A stretch of 64,000 nt of DNA. Source: Candidatus Kaiserbacteria bacterium (GTDB taxonomy: Bacteria; Patescibacteriota; Minisyncoccia; Phycocordibacterales; UBA918). Positions 8,873-18,504 of this stretch are shown in pieces. Every line of letters begins with the position of its first letter. Within the stretch, counting starts at the first letter, position 1. The position numbers were made by a program, and so were the translations under genes. Under the pieces are notes generated by a model. The model searched no databases, was not told the DNA's origin, and saw only the letters and a program-made list of their open reading frames with translations. Location of the stretch: positions 2,525 to 66,524 of the forward strand of contig JAHQWD010000003.1 in the NCBI GenBank assembly GCA_019634005.1. Direction: 5' to 3'.

Positions 8873-9133
8873 ATGAAGAAAAAGAAGGATAAAAAAGTGG
8901 AAGTGACCATGCGGGAGTTTCTTCGTAATCCTGGGAAAATGGGCGGCATGGTTCGTGATGGTACTGCTATTGAAGTGACCAAAAATGGTGCACCGTTTTT
9001 TACGGCTGTGCCTGCCTTTGAGAAAAAAGGGATTACAGGGAAAGACATCGTTCGATTGATAAAACCAAAAAAGAGTGGTTTGCATTCTCCCAATATCAGT
9101 ACACGTGTAGATGAAATGCTCTATGGAAAATGA
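8873..9133 (+). CDS. Type II antitoxin, Phd/YefM-like
   Basis: VTMREFLRN...IEVTKNGAP pattern; overlaps the PIN toxin gene. Confidence 0.7.
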   Translation: MKKKKDKKVEVTMREFLRNPGKMGGMVRDGTAIEVTKNGAPFFTAVPAFEKKGITGKDIVRLIKPKKSGLHSPNISTRVDEMLYGK

Positions 9134-9500
9134 AATTATACTCGATTCTTGTGTGTGGCTATCGTTCTTTTCTCCTGAAGATCGCAACCATAAGCAGGCG
9201 GTGGAGATACTGGAGGAGATAGAAGAACACATTGTTGTACCTGAGATTGTGTTTGGGGAGGTTGTGACAATACTTCGTTTGAGAAAAAAAGAGGACGAGG
9301 TGAAACAGTTTTATGAATTGTGTATGGGCGCATCGATGTTCTTACCTACGGGGCGTCTCTTGTGGAGGACTGCTGTTCGGTACCCACATGCCCCTAAGAA
9401 ACTATCCTTTGTTGACGCTGCACTGTATATACTTTCCAAAGAGTATGAGGTTGTGACCTTTGATAAGGTGCTCAAAAAGGCTATTGAAATGAGGAGTTAA
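9123..9500 (+). CDS. PIN-domain (VapC-like) toxin
   Basis: ILDSCV...E...LSFVDA...VTFDKVL acidic PIN motifs. Confidence 0.85.
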   Translation: MENEIILDSCVWLSFFSPEDRNHKQAVEILEEIEEHIVVPEIVFGEVVTILRLRKKEDEVKQFYELCMGASMFLPTGRLLWRTAVRYPHAPKKLSFVDAALYILSKEYEVVTFDKVLKKAIEMRS

Positions 9501-9565
9501 GGGTGTATACACTACAGTACTGGTCTCTGTCAGAGATTTACAGTAGAATAGGTTCATTAAGGAAT

Positions 9566-10249
9566 ATGATCTATTTCGACAACGTCTCAAAGATTTATAG
9601 TGGCGGCGAATCAATCGCGCTTGAGGAAGTGACTTTCCAGGTTGCACCGAAGGAGTTTGTCTCAATTGTGGGACACTCTGGTGCGGGGAAGACGACGCTT
9701 CTAAAGATGCTCATTGCAGAGGATCAGCCGACTGGAGGGGTCGTCTTCTTTGAGTCTCTTGATGTCCATTCTATTCCAAAGAGCAGGCTCCCAGACTTTC
9801 GTCGAAAGATAGGAACAGTCTTTCAAGACTTCAAACTGCTTCCACACAAGACCGCATATGAGAACGTTGCCTTTGCTATGGAGGCAAATGGACGGACGGA
9901 TGAAGAGATCGCGGAGAATGTACCACAGGCACTGGAGCTTGTAGATCTTGCGGATAAAATGTGGAATTTTCCTGGGGAGCTCTCTGGAGGAGAAAAACAG
10001 CGGGTGGCAATTGCACGCGCAATTGTGAATCAACCAGACATCATCATTGCAGATGAGCCAACGGGAAACCTCGATCCAATTGCGACCTATGAGGTGGTAC
10101 AGATCTTAAAGAAGATCAACGATCTTGGTACAACGGTTATTATGACCACGCATAATAAGGGGGTGATCGACGCGCTTGAGAAGCGGGTCATCACGATGGA
10201 TGATGGACGGATTATCAGAGACGATAAAGAGGGTAAATACGTTTTGTAA
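9566..10249 (+). CDS. ftsE: Cell division ATP-binding protein FtsE
   Basis: GHSGAGKT, LSGGEKQR, ADEPTGNLD; upstream of ftsX. Confidence 0.92.
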   Translation: MIYFDNVSKIYSGGESIALEEVTFQVAPKEFVSIVGHSGAGKTTLLKMLIAEDQPTGGVVFFESLDVHSIPKSRLPDFRRKIGTVFQDFKLLPHKTAYENVAFAMEANGRTDEEIAENVPQALELVDLADKMWNFPGELSGGEKQRVAIARAIVNQPDIIIADEPTGNLDPIATYEVVQILKKINDLGTTVIMTTHNKGVIDALEKRVITMDDGRIIRDDKEGKYVL

Positions 10250-10252
10250 TAT

Positions 10253-11173
10253 ATGTGGGTAGATTTTAAACGAATTGTTCGGTCTGGATTTATTGGGTTT
10301 TGGCGAAATGCCTATGTCTCTTTTGCGTCCATCTTTGTGATGACTATCACACTTTTTGTTATTGGAAGCGCTATTTTTATGAGCCAACTCCTTGATGCGT
10401 CACTTACCAGTCTTCGAGAGAAGGTAGATGTGAACGTGTATCTGGTTACCTCAGCGCTTGAGGAGGATGTCGCACGACTGAAGACGTCACTTGAGGCACT
10501 TTCTGATGTTGCCGAAGTGAATTACACGTCACGTGCAGAAGCGTTGGAACAGTTCCGTCTTCGTCACGAGAACGATGAATTAACGCTCCAAGCACTCGAT
10601 GAGCTCGGGGAGAATCCTCTGGGAGCATCACTCTCTATCCGTGCAACTGATCCATCACGATATGAAAGTATTGCAGAATTCCTTGAGACACAGCAGGCGA
10701 AAGAGAGTCCTGATGCGCCAGTAATCGATCGTATTAACTTTTCACAGAATAAGGTGGCGATTGATAAACTAACTTCTATTATTGGTGCAGTAGAACAGAC
10801 GGGGTATGTAGCCAGTATTATCCTAGTCATTGTAACGGTACTCATTACACTGAATACTATTCGGCTTGCCATCTTTACCACCCGTGAAGAGATATCTGTT
10901 ATGCGACTTGTGGGAGCAGGAAATATGTTTATTCGGGGACCGTTTGTGTTCCAGGGAGTTATGTATGGACTGATTGCGGGAGTGCTCACGCTTCTCATCC
11001 TTTACCCGATTGTGTTGTGGCTTGGACCAGCGACAGAGACATTCTTCGGTATCTCGGTCTTTCATTACTATGTTACAGAGTTTGGCACCATCTTCCTCAT
11101 TATTGTGGGGTCAGGTGTGGTTTTGGGAGCACTCTCGAGTATGCTCGCAATTGCCCGATATCTAAAAGTCTAA
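10253..11173 (+). CDS. ftsX: Cell division permease FtsX
   Basis: Four-TM layout, NTIRLAI..REEISVMRLVGA..FIRGPF. Confidence 0.92.
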   Translation: MWVDFKRIVRSGFIGFWRNAYVSFASIFVMTITLFVIGSAIFMSQLLDASLTSLREKVDVNVYLVTSALEEDVARLKTSLEALSDVAEVNYTSRAEALEQFRLRHENDELTLQALDELGENPLGASLSIRATDPSRYESIAEFLETQQAKESPDAPVIDRINFSQNKVAIDKLTSIIGAVEQTGYVASIILVIVTVLITLNTIRLAIFTTREEISVMRLVGAGNMFIRGPFVFQGVMYGLIAGVLTLLILYPIVLWLGPATETFFGISVFHYYVTEFGTIFLIIVGSGVVLGALSSMLAIARYLKV

Positions 11174-11188
11174 AATACAAAAAACGCT

Positions 11189-12880
11189 ATGGCACGGAAC
11201 ACGGAGAAACGACAGACAGGAAGAAAAGCTCAAAAACGGTCGACCAACAAACAGCACAAGTTTCTCTTCGTTGTTGGCGGTGTTATGAGTGGCGTTGGAA
11301 AAGGAGTCGCGTCCTCGTCTATAGCGAAGATTCTCCAAGCACGTGGGCTGACCGTAACCGCTATTAAAATAGACCCGTATATCAACGTTGATGCGGGCAC
11401 CATGAATCCGACAGAACACGGGGAGGTATTTGTACTTGGGGGAGGGTTGGAGACGGATCAAGACATGGGAAATTACGAACGATTTCTCGGTACCGATATT
11501 CCTGATATCAATTACATGACAACAGGGAGTGTGTACCAAGAGGTCATCCGAAAAGAACGTAATTTGGAATACGATGGAAAGAATGTGGAGGTAGTACCGC
11601 ATATTCCACTTCAGGTCATAAAGCGGATTAAAAAAGCCGCACAGGTTGCGAATGCAGACGTCACCATCATAGAGATTGGAGGAACGGTAGGAGAGTATCA
11701 GAACATCCTCTTCCTTGAGGCAGTACGTATGATGAAGACCAAAACACCTGATGATGTTGCGGTCGTTATGGTTTCATATCTTCCTGTACCAGGAAGTATT
11801 GGAGAGATGAAGACAAAGCCGACACAGACTGCTGCACGGACACTAAACAGTGCGGGTGTGTTTGCAGACTTCATCCTTGCACGTGGTCCTGTCGCGCTTG
11901 ATAAGAAACGAAAAGAGAAGATTGCACAGTTTTGTAATGTGGAGCCACAGAATGTCATCTCTGCCCCCGATGTCGCGAGTGTGTACGATGTACCCCTCAA
12001 TTTTGAGAAGGATAAACTCTCGGAGCGTATTTGTAACGTGCTCAATATCAAGAAGATACAGAAATCAGATCTCAGCGCATGGCGTCGTTTTGTCGCAAAG
12101 TCCAAGAATGGACATGACACCGTGAAGATTGCGGTTGTCGGGAAGTACTTTAATTCAGGGGACTTTATTCTCTCTGACGTGTATCTTTCTGTCCTTGAGG
12201 CAATTAAATATTCTGCGTACAAACTTGGATTGAAGCCAGATATCCACTACATCTCCTCACTTCCGTTTGAAGATAAAAAGAAGCTCAAGGAGTTAAAGCA
12301 GTATGACGGCATCCTTATCCCTGGCGGATTTGGCACGACGGGCATTCTTGGAAAGTTGAACGTAGTTAAATACGCGAGAGAGAATAAGATTCCGTACTTT
12401 GGTATCTGCTACGGTATGCAACTTGCGGTCTTGGAGTACGCGAAAAATAAGCTCCGTATGAAGAATGTAAGTACTACGGAGATTGATCCGTCTGCGCAAC
12501 ATCTCGTCATTGATATCATGCCAGAACAGAAAGAGAAGGTTGCTAAAAGTGACATGGGAGGCACCATGCGTCTTGGGGAGTATCCTGCAGTCTTGAAGCG
12601 AGGAAGTATCGCACGTAAGGCATATGGCGCTGATGAGATCAGTGAGCGGCATCGACACCGATATGAGGTGAATCCAGAGTACGTGGAGAAGTTATCTGCG
12701 GGCGGATTAGTATTCTCTGGAACATCTCCAGACGAACGACTTATGGAAATTGTAGAGTTACCCAAAGATATCCACCCATTCTTTGTAGGTGCACAGTTCC
12801 ATCCAGAGTTTCATGCACGACCACTCTCACCACATCCTTTGTTTACCGCTTTTGTGAAGGCTTCGTACGAGGGGAAGTAG
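11189..12880 (+). CDS. pyrG: CTP synthase
   Basis: GGVMSGVGKG, DPYINVDAGTM, KTKPTQ, GICYGMQ, RHRHRYE, FHPEF. Confidence 0.98.
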   Translation: MARNTEKRQTGRKAQKRSTNKQHKFLFVVGGVMSGVGKGVASSSIAKILQARGLTVTAIKIDPYINVDAGTMNPTEHGEVFVLGGGLETDQDMGNYERFLGTDIPDINYMTTGSVYQEVIRKERNLEYDGKNVEVVPHIPLQVIKRIKKAAQVANADVTIIEIGGTVGEYQNILFLEAVRMMKTKTPDDVAVVMVSYLPVPGSIGEMKTKPTQTAARTLNSAGVFADFILARGPVALDKKRKEKIAQFCNVEPQNVISAPDVASVYDVPLNFEKDKLSERICNVLNIKKIQKSDLSAWRRFVAKSKNGHDTVKIAVVGKYFNSGDFILSDVYLSVLEAIKYSAYKLGLKPDIHYISSLPFEDKKKLKELKQYDGILIPGGFGTTGILGKLNVVKYARENKIPYFGICYGMQLAVLEYAKNKLRMKNVSTTEIDPSAQHLVIDIMPEQKEKVAKSDMGGTMRLGEYPAVLKRGSIARKAYGADEISERHRHRYEVNPEYVEKLSAGGLVFSGTSPDERLMEIVELPKDIHPFFVGAQFHPEFHARPLSPHPLFTAFVKASYEGK

Positions 12881-12971
12881 GTGCTTCCTTGCCTTTATAT
12901 TTGAAATACTATAGGCTTCATTTTGGATAATGCATATCCAATTCTTTCATCACAGACAAGGAGGTGAAGAA

Positions 12972-14168
12972 GTGGGAAAGGTAAAACAAAAGACAGTACC
13001 AAGATCATGGTCGCCTTGCGCGCATAGTCCCAAAGGAAGCGTAGACAAGGATTTTTGCGAACGAGTATCCGCAGTCCCCGCACGCGCTGGGGTCTGTGCT
13101 CCGTGCCTATGTCCTTGGAAGGACAGAAATGTCGTTGCTGCTGATCCAGACGGTGGACTCCCATCAACATTTGATGCTGATCGACAGAGACGGGCTCAGC
13201 AACCCGCAGAGGGTTCATCAGTCGTCGATTTTGAGGAAGTCTCAAAAGACTGGGAAGAGGTGTTGGCGAAGATTAAGAAAATGCTCGAGACGGCTGAGAT
13301 TGAAGATCTCGATCCGCAAGCAATTCGTCCAATGCCAGGGCAGCCACGTACTTATTTCAACGAGGCTGGTCTCGAAGACCTCGGGAACTCTATCCAGAAA
13401 GCTGGACAGTTGCAGCCCGGCCTCGTCCGAGAAGTAGCTGACGGTCAAGACGGCGTTGCGTATGAGCTTATTGACGGCGAACGGCGTCTCCGAGCAATCA
13501 TTCGCAAAGGTGTGCCTTATTTTAGGGCACAAGTATTGGATGTCGAGGACGCACATTTGGTTGCCTTTATTATGGCAACAGTCTCGAACTTCAATCGTGC
13601 AGAGCATACTCCGCTGGAGATAGCCGATGCAATTCACAAGATGCGCACCGGCCCAGTGAAGCTTCCCATGAAGGAGATTGCCCAGTTGATCGGGTATTCG
13701 GAAGTACGAGCGTATCAATTTTATAGCCTTCAGAAATTGCATCCGAAGGTGAGAGATATGCTCGATCCGAATCGACCGAAAGAGAAACGGCTAGGCGTCA
13801 GTGCTGCGGTCGAAATCGCAAAACTGCCGGATAAGGGTCTTCATCTCAGCATGGCCGAGAGAGTCCTGTCTGGCGAGGTTTCGTTCAGGACAATCCGTGG
13901 TGAAGTTGTTAGGGTCGGCAGAGAGCATGGTACTCCTGTGCGGACTCGGCAACTCGAACCAAGGAAGCTTTTCGAATCGTGCGCAGCGCGTGCGGGCGAA
14001 CTAAAGCGGGTCTCGGGAAGCATGCTTGCGCAGATTGCCGAGATGCGAGAGCGAAACCTCCCTGTTCTTGTTGCCACAACACCGCGCGGTGAGCGGGTAC
14101 GCGACGATCTCAAGGAGACAAGAGAGCACCTGGACAGACTCTATCAGGAGCTTGGCATGGAAGAGTAG
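12972..14168 (+). CDS. Orphan ParB/Spo0J-family protein with Cys-rich N-terminal extension
   Basis: GQPRTYF, GQLQP, LIDGERRLRA, HTH; GTG at 12972 after SD AAGGAGGTG. Confidence 0.8.
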   Translation: MGKVKQKTVPRSWSPCAHSPKGSVDKDFCERVSAVPARAGVCAPCLCPWKDRNVVAADPDGGLPSTFDADRQRRAQQPAEGSSVVDFEEVSKDWEEVLAKIKKMLETAEIEDLDPQAIRPMPGQPRTYFNEAGLEDLGNSIQKAGQLQPGLVREVADGQDGVAYELIDGERRLRAIIRKGVPYFRAQVLDVEDAHLVAFIMATVSNFNRAEHTPLEIADAIHKMRTGPVKLPMKEIAQLIGYSEVRAYQFYSLQKLHPKVRDMLDPNRPKEKRLGVSAAVEIAKLPDKGLHLSMAERVLSGEVSFRTIRGEVVRVGREHGTPVRTRQLEPRKLFESCAARAGELKRVSGSMLAQIAEMRERNLPVLVATTPRGERVRDDLKETREHLDRLYQELGMEE

Positions 14169-14230
14169 TCTGACATGAAGCGTTACTTCAAAAGACCGAT
14201 GGGATTTTTACCCTTCGGTCTTTTTTGTTT

Positions 14231-14692
14231 TTAAAAATCATCAATGAAGTCCTCTGGGTTAAAGATGTTGGGGAAATCAGTAAGCTGACCCCTTGGAGCG
14301 AGCTCCAGTATTTCTTCCTTCGAGAAAAATCTAATTTCCTCACACTCTGGCGTTGGTGTGAAGTTGAGATGTTCAAACTCAATACGGTACGCAACAATGA
14401 GAGAATAGAACCAATCTATATTTCTCCTATTTTCAAAGCGATGCGTCCAGAGGTACATGGGACGTCGAGATATTTTTGATATCTTGAGCCCCATTTCTTC
14501 TTCAGTCTCTCGGTTAAATCCAGTGTAGATATCTTCTCCAAAATCCAAACCACCACCAGGTAATTCCCAATGATCTTTGCCACCATACTCTTCAGATTCT
14601 CGAATGAGGAGCACCTTTCCATCTCGGACACAGAGACCTTTGATTGTGACGCGATAGAAGGCATCGGGAAAATACTGAGACTGAGATTCCAT
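14231..14692 (-). CDS. NUDIX hydrolase
   Basis: WELPGGGLDFGE..TGFNRETEEEMG Nudix box; start MESQ at 14692. Confidence 0.88.
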   Translation of the reverse strand: MESQSQYFPDAFYRVTIKGLCVRDGKVLLIRESEEYGGKDHWELPGGGLDFGEDIYTGFNRETEEEMGLKISKISRRPMYLWTHRFENRRNIDWFYSLIVAYRIEFEHLNFTPTPECEEIRFFSKEEILELAPRGQLTDFPNIFNPEDFIDDF

Positions 14693-14711
14693 ACGCTCTA
14701 TACTAGCATGT

Positions 14712-15422
14712 CTAGGTATAGAGGTTTTTGAGGAGCGGCCAATAGATATCTTCTCGTGGTGGAATAAAGAGTTCCTGGGAAGTATCTCGATTAGTGAATA
14801 CAATGTGTGGAATATCCTGTATATGGCAGAGCGGAGTCTGTTCTGCAAGTTCTCCCATCGCGAACACACCAGCAACAGCAAGGGAGTCAACGACATTGAT
14901 TCTCGTGAACTGTGCGGGTCTGTTAAAGAGATCTGGTTTTCCTGTGTAGTACGAGACTGGCTCACATCCATACCAGCCGAGTGCAACGCCGACTGTGCCA
15001 TAGCGAAGTGGTGCGGAGTGAGAGTCAGCGACAATGACACCAAGTTTCTTAACATTGTATGTTTTTGTAAGGAACTCGTGTATCTCTCGTGCACTCTTGT
15101 GAGGATCTTCAGGGAGAAGAATAAGATGCTCATCAGCGTTACTCTCATCAATGCCTGCGCCAGAGAGGAATGTTCCGTGTTTGATACAGATACGCCATCT
15201 GCTGTCTGCATCTTTTATATAGACGTCAGATTCTTTCTCTACAAGGGATTCTTTGTCGACATCTTTTGCAAGCACACAGCGTCCTTCATGGATGGCGACA
15301 ACCTTTGAAGAGACAACGAGTACATCCTCCTCGGAGAGTGAGAGGTTAGACTCTTGTATGGCTTTAAAGAGGTCGTCTTGTGGTGGGGTAAGGAGATGGG
15401 TCTTAATTGCTTCAATATGCAT
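14712..15422 (-). CDS. CofE-like gamma-glutamyl ligase family protein
   Basis: DVLVVSSKVVAIHEG, AGIDESN, LLPEDP, DSHSAPLRYG, MGE...TP. Confidence 0.82.
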   Translation of the reverse strand: MHIEAIKTHLLTPPQDDLFKAIQESNLSLSEEDVLVVSSKVVAIHEGRCVLAKDVDKESLVEKESDVYIKDADSRWRICIKHGTFLSGAGIDESNADEHLILLPEDPHKSAREIHEFLTKTYNVKKLGVIVADSHSAPLRYGTVGVALGWYGCEPVSYYTGKPDLFNRPAQFTRINVVDSLAVAGVFAMGELAEQTPLCHIQDIPHIVFTNRDTSQELFIPPREDIYWPLLKNLYT

Positions 15423-15651
15423 AGGTATAGGAAATTAGATAGTAAAGAGGACTATCGAAGTGAAGCGAAAGATGACCAAGTCGTGATGCGGTTGGTGAGT
15501 AACATGGTAGGGATATTCTACGGTATCAGATTTTTCCCGCAAACATTGACCGAGTAGTATCTTCATGTTACTGTCTCCCTACGTTTTGGAATCTCGTGTA
15601 GGGCTCCAGGGCAGTATATTTATCACCTGCACAGCCCTAAGAAATAATTGA

Positions 15652-16899
15652 ATGAACACAAGAACACACCGACAAGGTCGGACGGGTGGTCGTCCGCGTC
15701 GACGACCATACTCAGGACGACCGTCTCACGGTCGCAGAAGGCAAGGAGGCGGGAGAAAACTACCTACCTTTGATCCATCCCAGTTTATTAATAAAAACCC
15801 TGTAGAACAGAAGGAGGAGGTATATACACCAAAAAATACCTTTACCACCTTTGGACTTGATGCACGTATCGAAAAGGCGGTTGCGGATCGTGGCATTACT
15901 GTTCCATCTCCGATCCAGGATCAGGCGATTCCAGAGATTATGGAGGGGCGGGACGTTATTGGTCTCGCAGAGACAGGGACAGGAAAGACCGCTGCTTTCC
16001 TGCTGCCGCTCATCCATAAGACGCTGAAAGAACCACGTCGGCAGACTTTGATTCTCGCTCCAACACGGGAGCTTGCGCTTCAGATAGAGCAGGAACTCCG
16101 TGTGCTCTCAGGGTCACTTCATCTATACGCTACGGTGTGTGTTGGTGGTACCAACATCCAGCCACAGATACGGGGTCTCAAGCGAAAGAATCACTTTGTG
16201 ATTGGAACACCAGGGCGTGTATTGGATCTCATCAACCGTGGAAACTTACGTACTGATAAGATCACTACGGTTATCTTGGATGAGGCAGATCGTATGCTTG
16301 ATATGGGATTCATTCACGATATGCGTGCCATTCTCTCTGGGACACCGAAGGATAGGGAGACACTCTTTTTCTCTGCCACCATGACCAAAGAAGCAGAAGC
16401 ACTTGTTGATGATTTCCTCCGTAATCCTGTAACTATCTCGGTGAAGAAAAAGGAAGTGACCAACAGTATTGAACAGGACGTGGTGCCGTTTGGACATCAT
16501 AATAAGTTTGAGACACTTCTCAATCTTCTCGAAGATGAGTCGCTTCGTCGTGTCATCATCTTCGGTGCTATGAAGCACAGTGTCGAGAAGCTTGCGAAAG
16601 AACTTTCTCGTGCGGGTATTGTTGCAGAGAGTATCCACGGGAATAAGAGCCACGGACAGCGACAGCGTTCGCTTGCGAAGTTCAAGAGTGGGAATGCGCG
16701 GATACTGGTTGCAACAGATGTTGCCGCGCGTGGTATTCACGTGGACAATGTATCGCATGTGATCAATTACGATCTCCCTGGAACCTTTGAAGACTACGTG
16801 CATCGTATTGGACGTACGGGACGAGGTACAAAACGAGGGAAGGCACTTACCTTTGTGCCAGAGAAGTCTGTATCAAGGTTGAAAAATACTGGAAAATAG
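15652..16899 (+). CDS. DEAD-box RNA helicase
   Basis: AETGTGKT, PTRELA, DEAD, SAT, HRIGRTGR; Arg/Gly-rich N-terminus. Confidence 0.96.
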   Translation: MNTRTHRQGRTGGRPRRRPYSGRPSHGRRRQGGGRKLPTFDPSQFINKNPVEQKEEVYTPKNTFTTFGLDARIEKAVADRGITVPSPIQDQAIPEIMEGRDVIGLAETGTGKTAAFLLPLIHKTLKEPRRQTLILAPTRELALQIEQELRVLSGSLHLYATVCVGGTNIQPQIRGLKRKNHFVIGTPGRVLDLINRGNLRTDKITTVILDEADRMLDMGFIHDMRAILSGTPKDRETLFFSATMTKEAEALVDDFLRNPVTISVKKKEVTNSIEQDVVPFGHHNKFETLLNLLEDESLRRVIIFGAMKHSVEKLAKELSRAGIVAESIHGNKSHGQRQRSLAKFKSGNARILVATDVAARGIHVDNVSHVINYDLPGTFEDYVHRIGRTGRGTKRGKALTFVPEKSVSRLKNTGK

Positions 16900-16937
16900 T
16901 GCATTTTATAGGGTACTAAAGTTTGTACTTTAGTCCT

Positions 16938-17008
16938 TGCCGGATCGTCTAATGGTAGGACCGCGGTTTCTGGTACCGTTAATCGGGGTTCGAGTCCCTG
17001 TCCGGCAG
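16938..17008 (+). tRNA. tRNA-Gln (CUG)
   Basis: TGCCGGA/TCCGGCA acceptor, GCGGT-TTCTGGT-ACCGT arm, GGTTCGAGTCC. Confidence 0.92.
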
Positions 17009-17130
17009 CTAGCGATTTTAACCCTATATATAAAGATGGATTAGTTCGAATCCCGTGTCACCTCCTTAATAAAAAATGGCCCATCCAAACTAATGTAAGG
17101 ATAGGCCATTGGTCTTCTGGCTGGAGCGGG

Positions 17131-17412
17131 TTAGCGCTTCCAGATCACCGAGCAGGGGTTTGCCGAACGAGCTTCGTGGCGGAGACATTTCTCAATAGCC
17201 GTGATTTTCTTGGCACCACGGACGGTGGTGTTCATGAGGTCGGCGTAGAGGACTGCGGCCTCTTGGTCGTGCTGGAACGCTTCGGCTGCCAGATGGCGGT
17301 CGCCATCGGAATAGTTGAAGTATAGGTTCGTTGCACTCGGAAGGGCGGGGCTCGCAAGGGCGCCGAAGCTCAGAGCGGTTGCTGCGGTAGCAATCATCAG
17401 AATTTTTTTCAT
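17131..17412 (-). CDS. Small secreted hypothetical protein
   Basis: Signal peptide MKKILMIATAATALSFGALA, C-terminal Cys pair, GGAG SD, visibly GC-rich codons. Confidence 0.7.
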   Translation of the reverse strand: MKKILMIATAATALSFGALASPALPSATNLYFNYSDGDRHLAAEAFQHDQEAAVLYADLMNTTVRGAKKITAIEKCLRHEARSANPCSVIWKR

Positions 17413-17461
17413 CAGGAACTCTCCATAGTTTGTGCGGTCTCAATGACTGCACTTCTTTTGT

Positions 17462-17489
17462 ATTATACCAAATATAAATATTCTGTCAA
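17462..17489 (-). promoter_or_regulatory. Consensus sigma70-type promoter
   Basis: Minus strand TTGACA-N16-TATAAT with TG extension. Confidence 0.7.
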
Positions 17490-17586
17490 GTATTCTACAC
17501 CAAATTTCTAATTTCATCCCACACAGCCAGCCTAAAGAGACGACTAAAATGGCTCAGATAAAGGTTTTTTTGTTCGAAAGTGCACT

Positions 17587-18504
17587 ATGATAAAATACAT
17601 GTATATGAAAACACTTATCACACTTATCGTTGTTGCACTTATTGGCCTTGGAGCGTATGTCTTTTTCTACACTCCAGACACGGAGGAATATACACCTTCG
17701 GTCACAGAAGAACAAAGTACCATGGAGGAGGATACAGATACTATGGATCGAGTAGTAGAGGTTGAAAAAGAGACAGAGACAGTCATTGGAACGTCTGTTG
17801 AGGGACGGGACATTACTGCATATCACTATGGAGAAGGAAACACAGAACTCCTCTTTGTTGGCGGTATCCACGGAGGGTACTCTTGGAACACATCACTCGT
17901 TGCCTATGAGCTCATGGACTATCTTGAGAAAGAATCAGAAGTGATTCCTGAGACTGTCCGTGTGACGGTTATTCCAACACTGAATCCCGACGGTCTTGCA
18001 ACTCTTCTTGGAAGCGCAGATCGTTTCAGTGCGAATGATGTACCAGAGGGAAATACGACTGCGGCACGCTTCAATGCGAATGACGTGGATCTTAACCGTA
18101 ACTTTGATTGCGATTGGCAGGAGACTGGCAAGTGGCAGAATACCGACGTAAGCGGCGGATCGGCACCGTTCTCCGAGCCTGAAGCGGAGGCACTCCGCGC
18201 GTATATTGGAGATGATGCACCAGATGCAGTTGTTGTCTGGTACAGCGCGGGAGGAGGAGTCTTTGCTTCAAGTTGTCACAATGGTGTCTCCGAAGAGACG
18301 CTGGCACTTACCGAACTGTATGCGGAGGCCTCAGGATATACTGCTTATGAGAGTTTCGATTTCTACACCATTACTGGTGATATGGTGAACTGGCTTGCGA
18401 AAGAAGGTATTCCTGCAGTAAGCGTCCTTCTTACCACACATACCGACACCGAGTGGTCTCGGAATAAACGCGGTATCGATGCACTATTCGCTACGTATAA
18501 ATAA
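17587..18504 (+). CDS. M14 zinc carboxypeptidase (MpaA-like) homolog, probably inactive
   Basis: GTSVEGR, NPDG, DLNRNF, SEPEA present; HGGYS, VVWYS, VSVLL replace metal and catalytic residues. Confidence 0.82.
   Translation: MIKYMYMKTLITLIVVALIGLGAYVFFYTPDTEEYTPSVTEEQSTMEEDTDTMDRVVEVEKETETVIGTSVEGRDITAYHYGEGNTELLFVGGIHGGYSWNTSLVAYELMDYLEKESEVIPETVRVTVIPTLNPDGLATLLGSADRFSANDVPEGNTTAARFNANDVDLNRNFDCDWQETGKWQNTDVSGGSAPFSEPEAEALRAYIGDDAPDAVVVWYSAGGGVFASSCHNGVSEETLALTELYAEASGYTAYESFDFYTITGDMVNWLAKEGIPAVSVLLTTHTDTEWSRNKRGIDALFATYK

Noticed and set aside
14693-15211. Long N-terminal extension of the NUDIX ORF (326 aa in the track)
   Set aside because: It overlaps the CofE-like gene in another frame; a -10 box precedes ATG 14692.
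17036-17062. Extra tRNA after tRNA-Gln
   Set aside because: Only a T-loop-like GTTCGAATCCC; no acceptor, D or anticodon arms.
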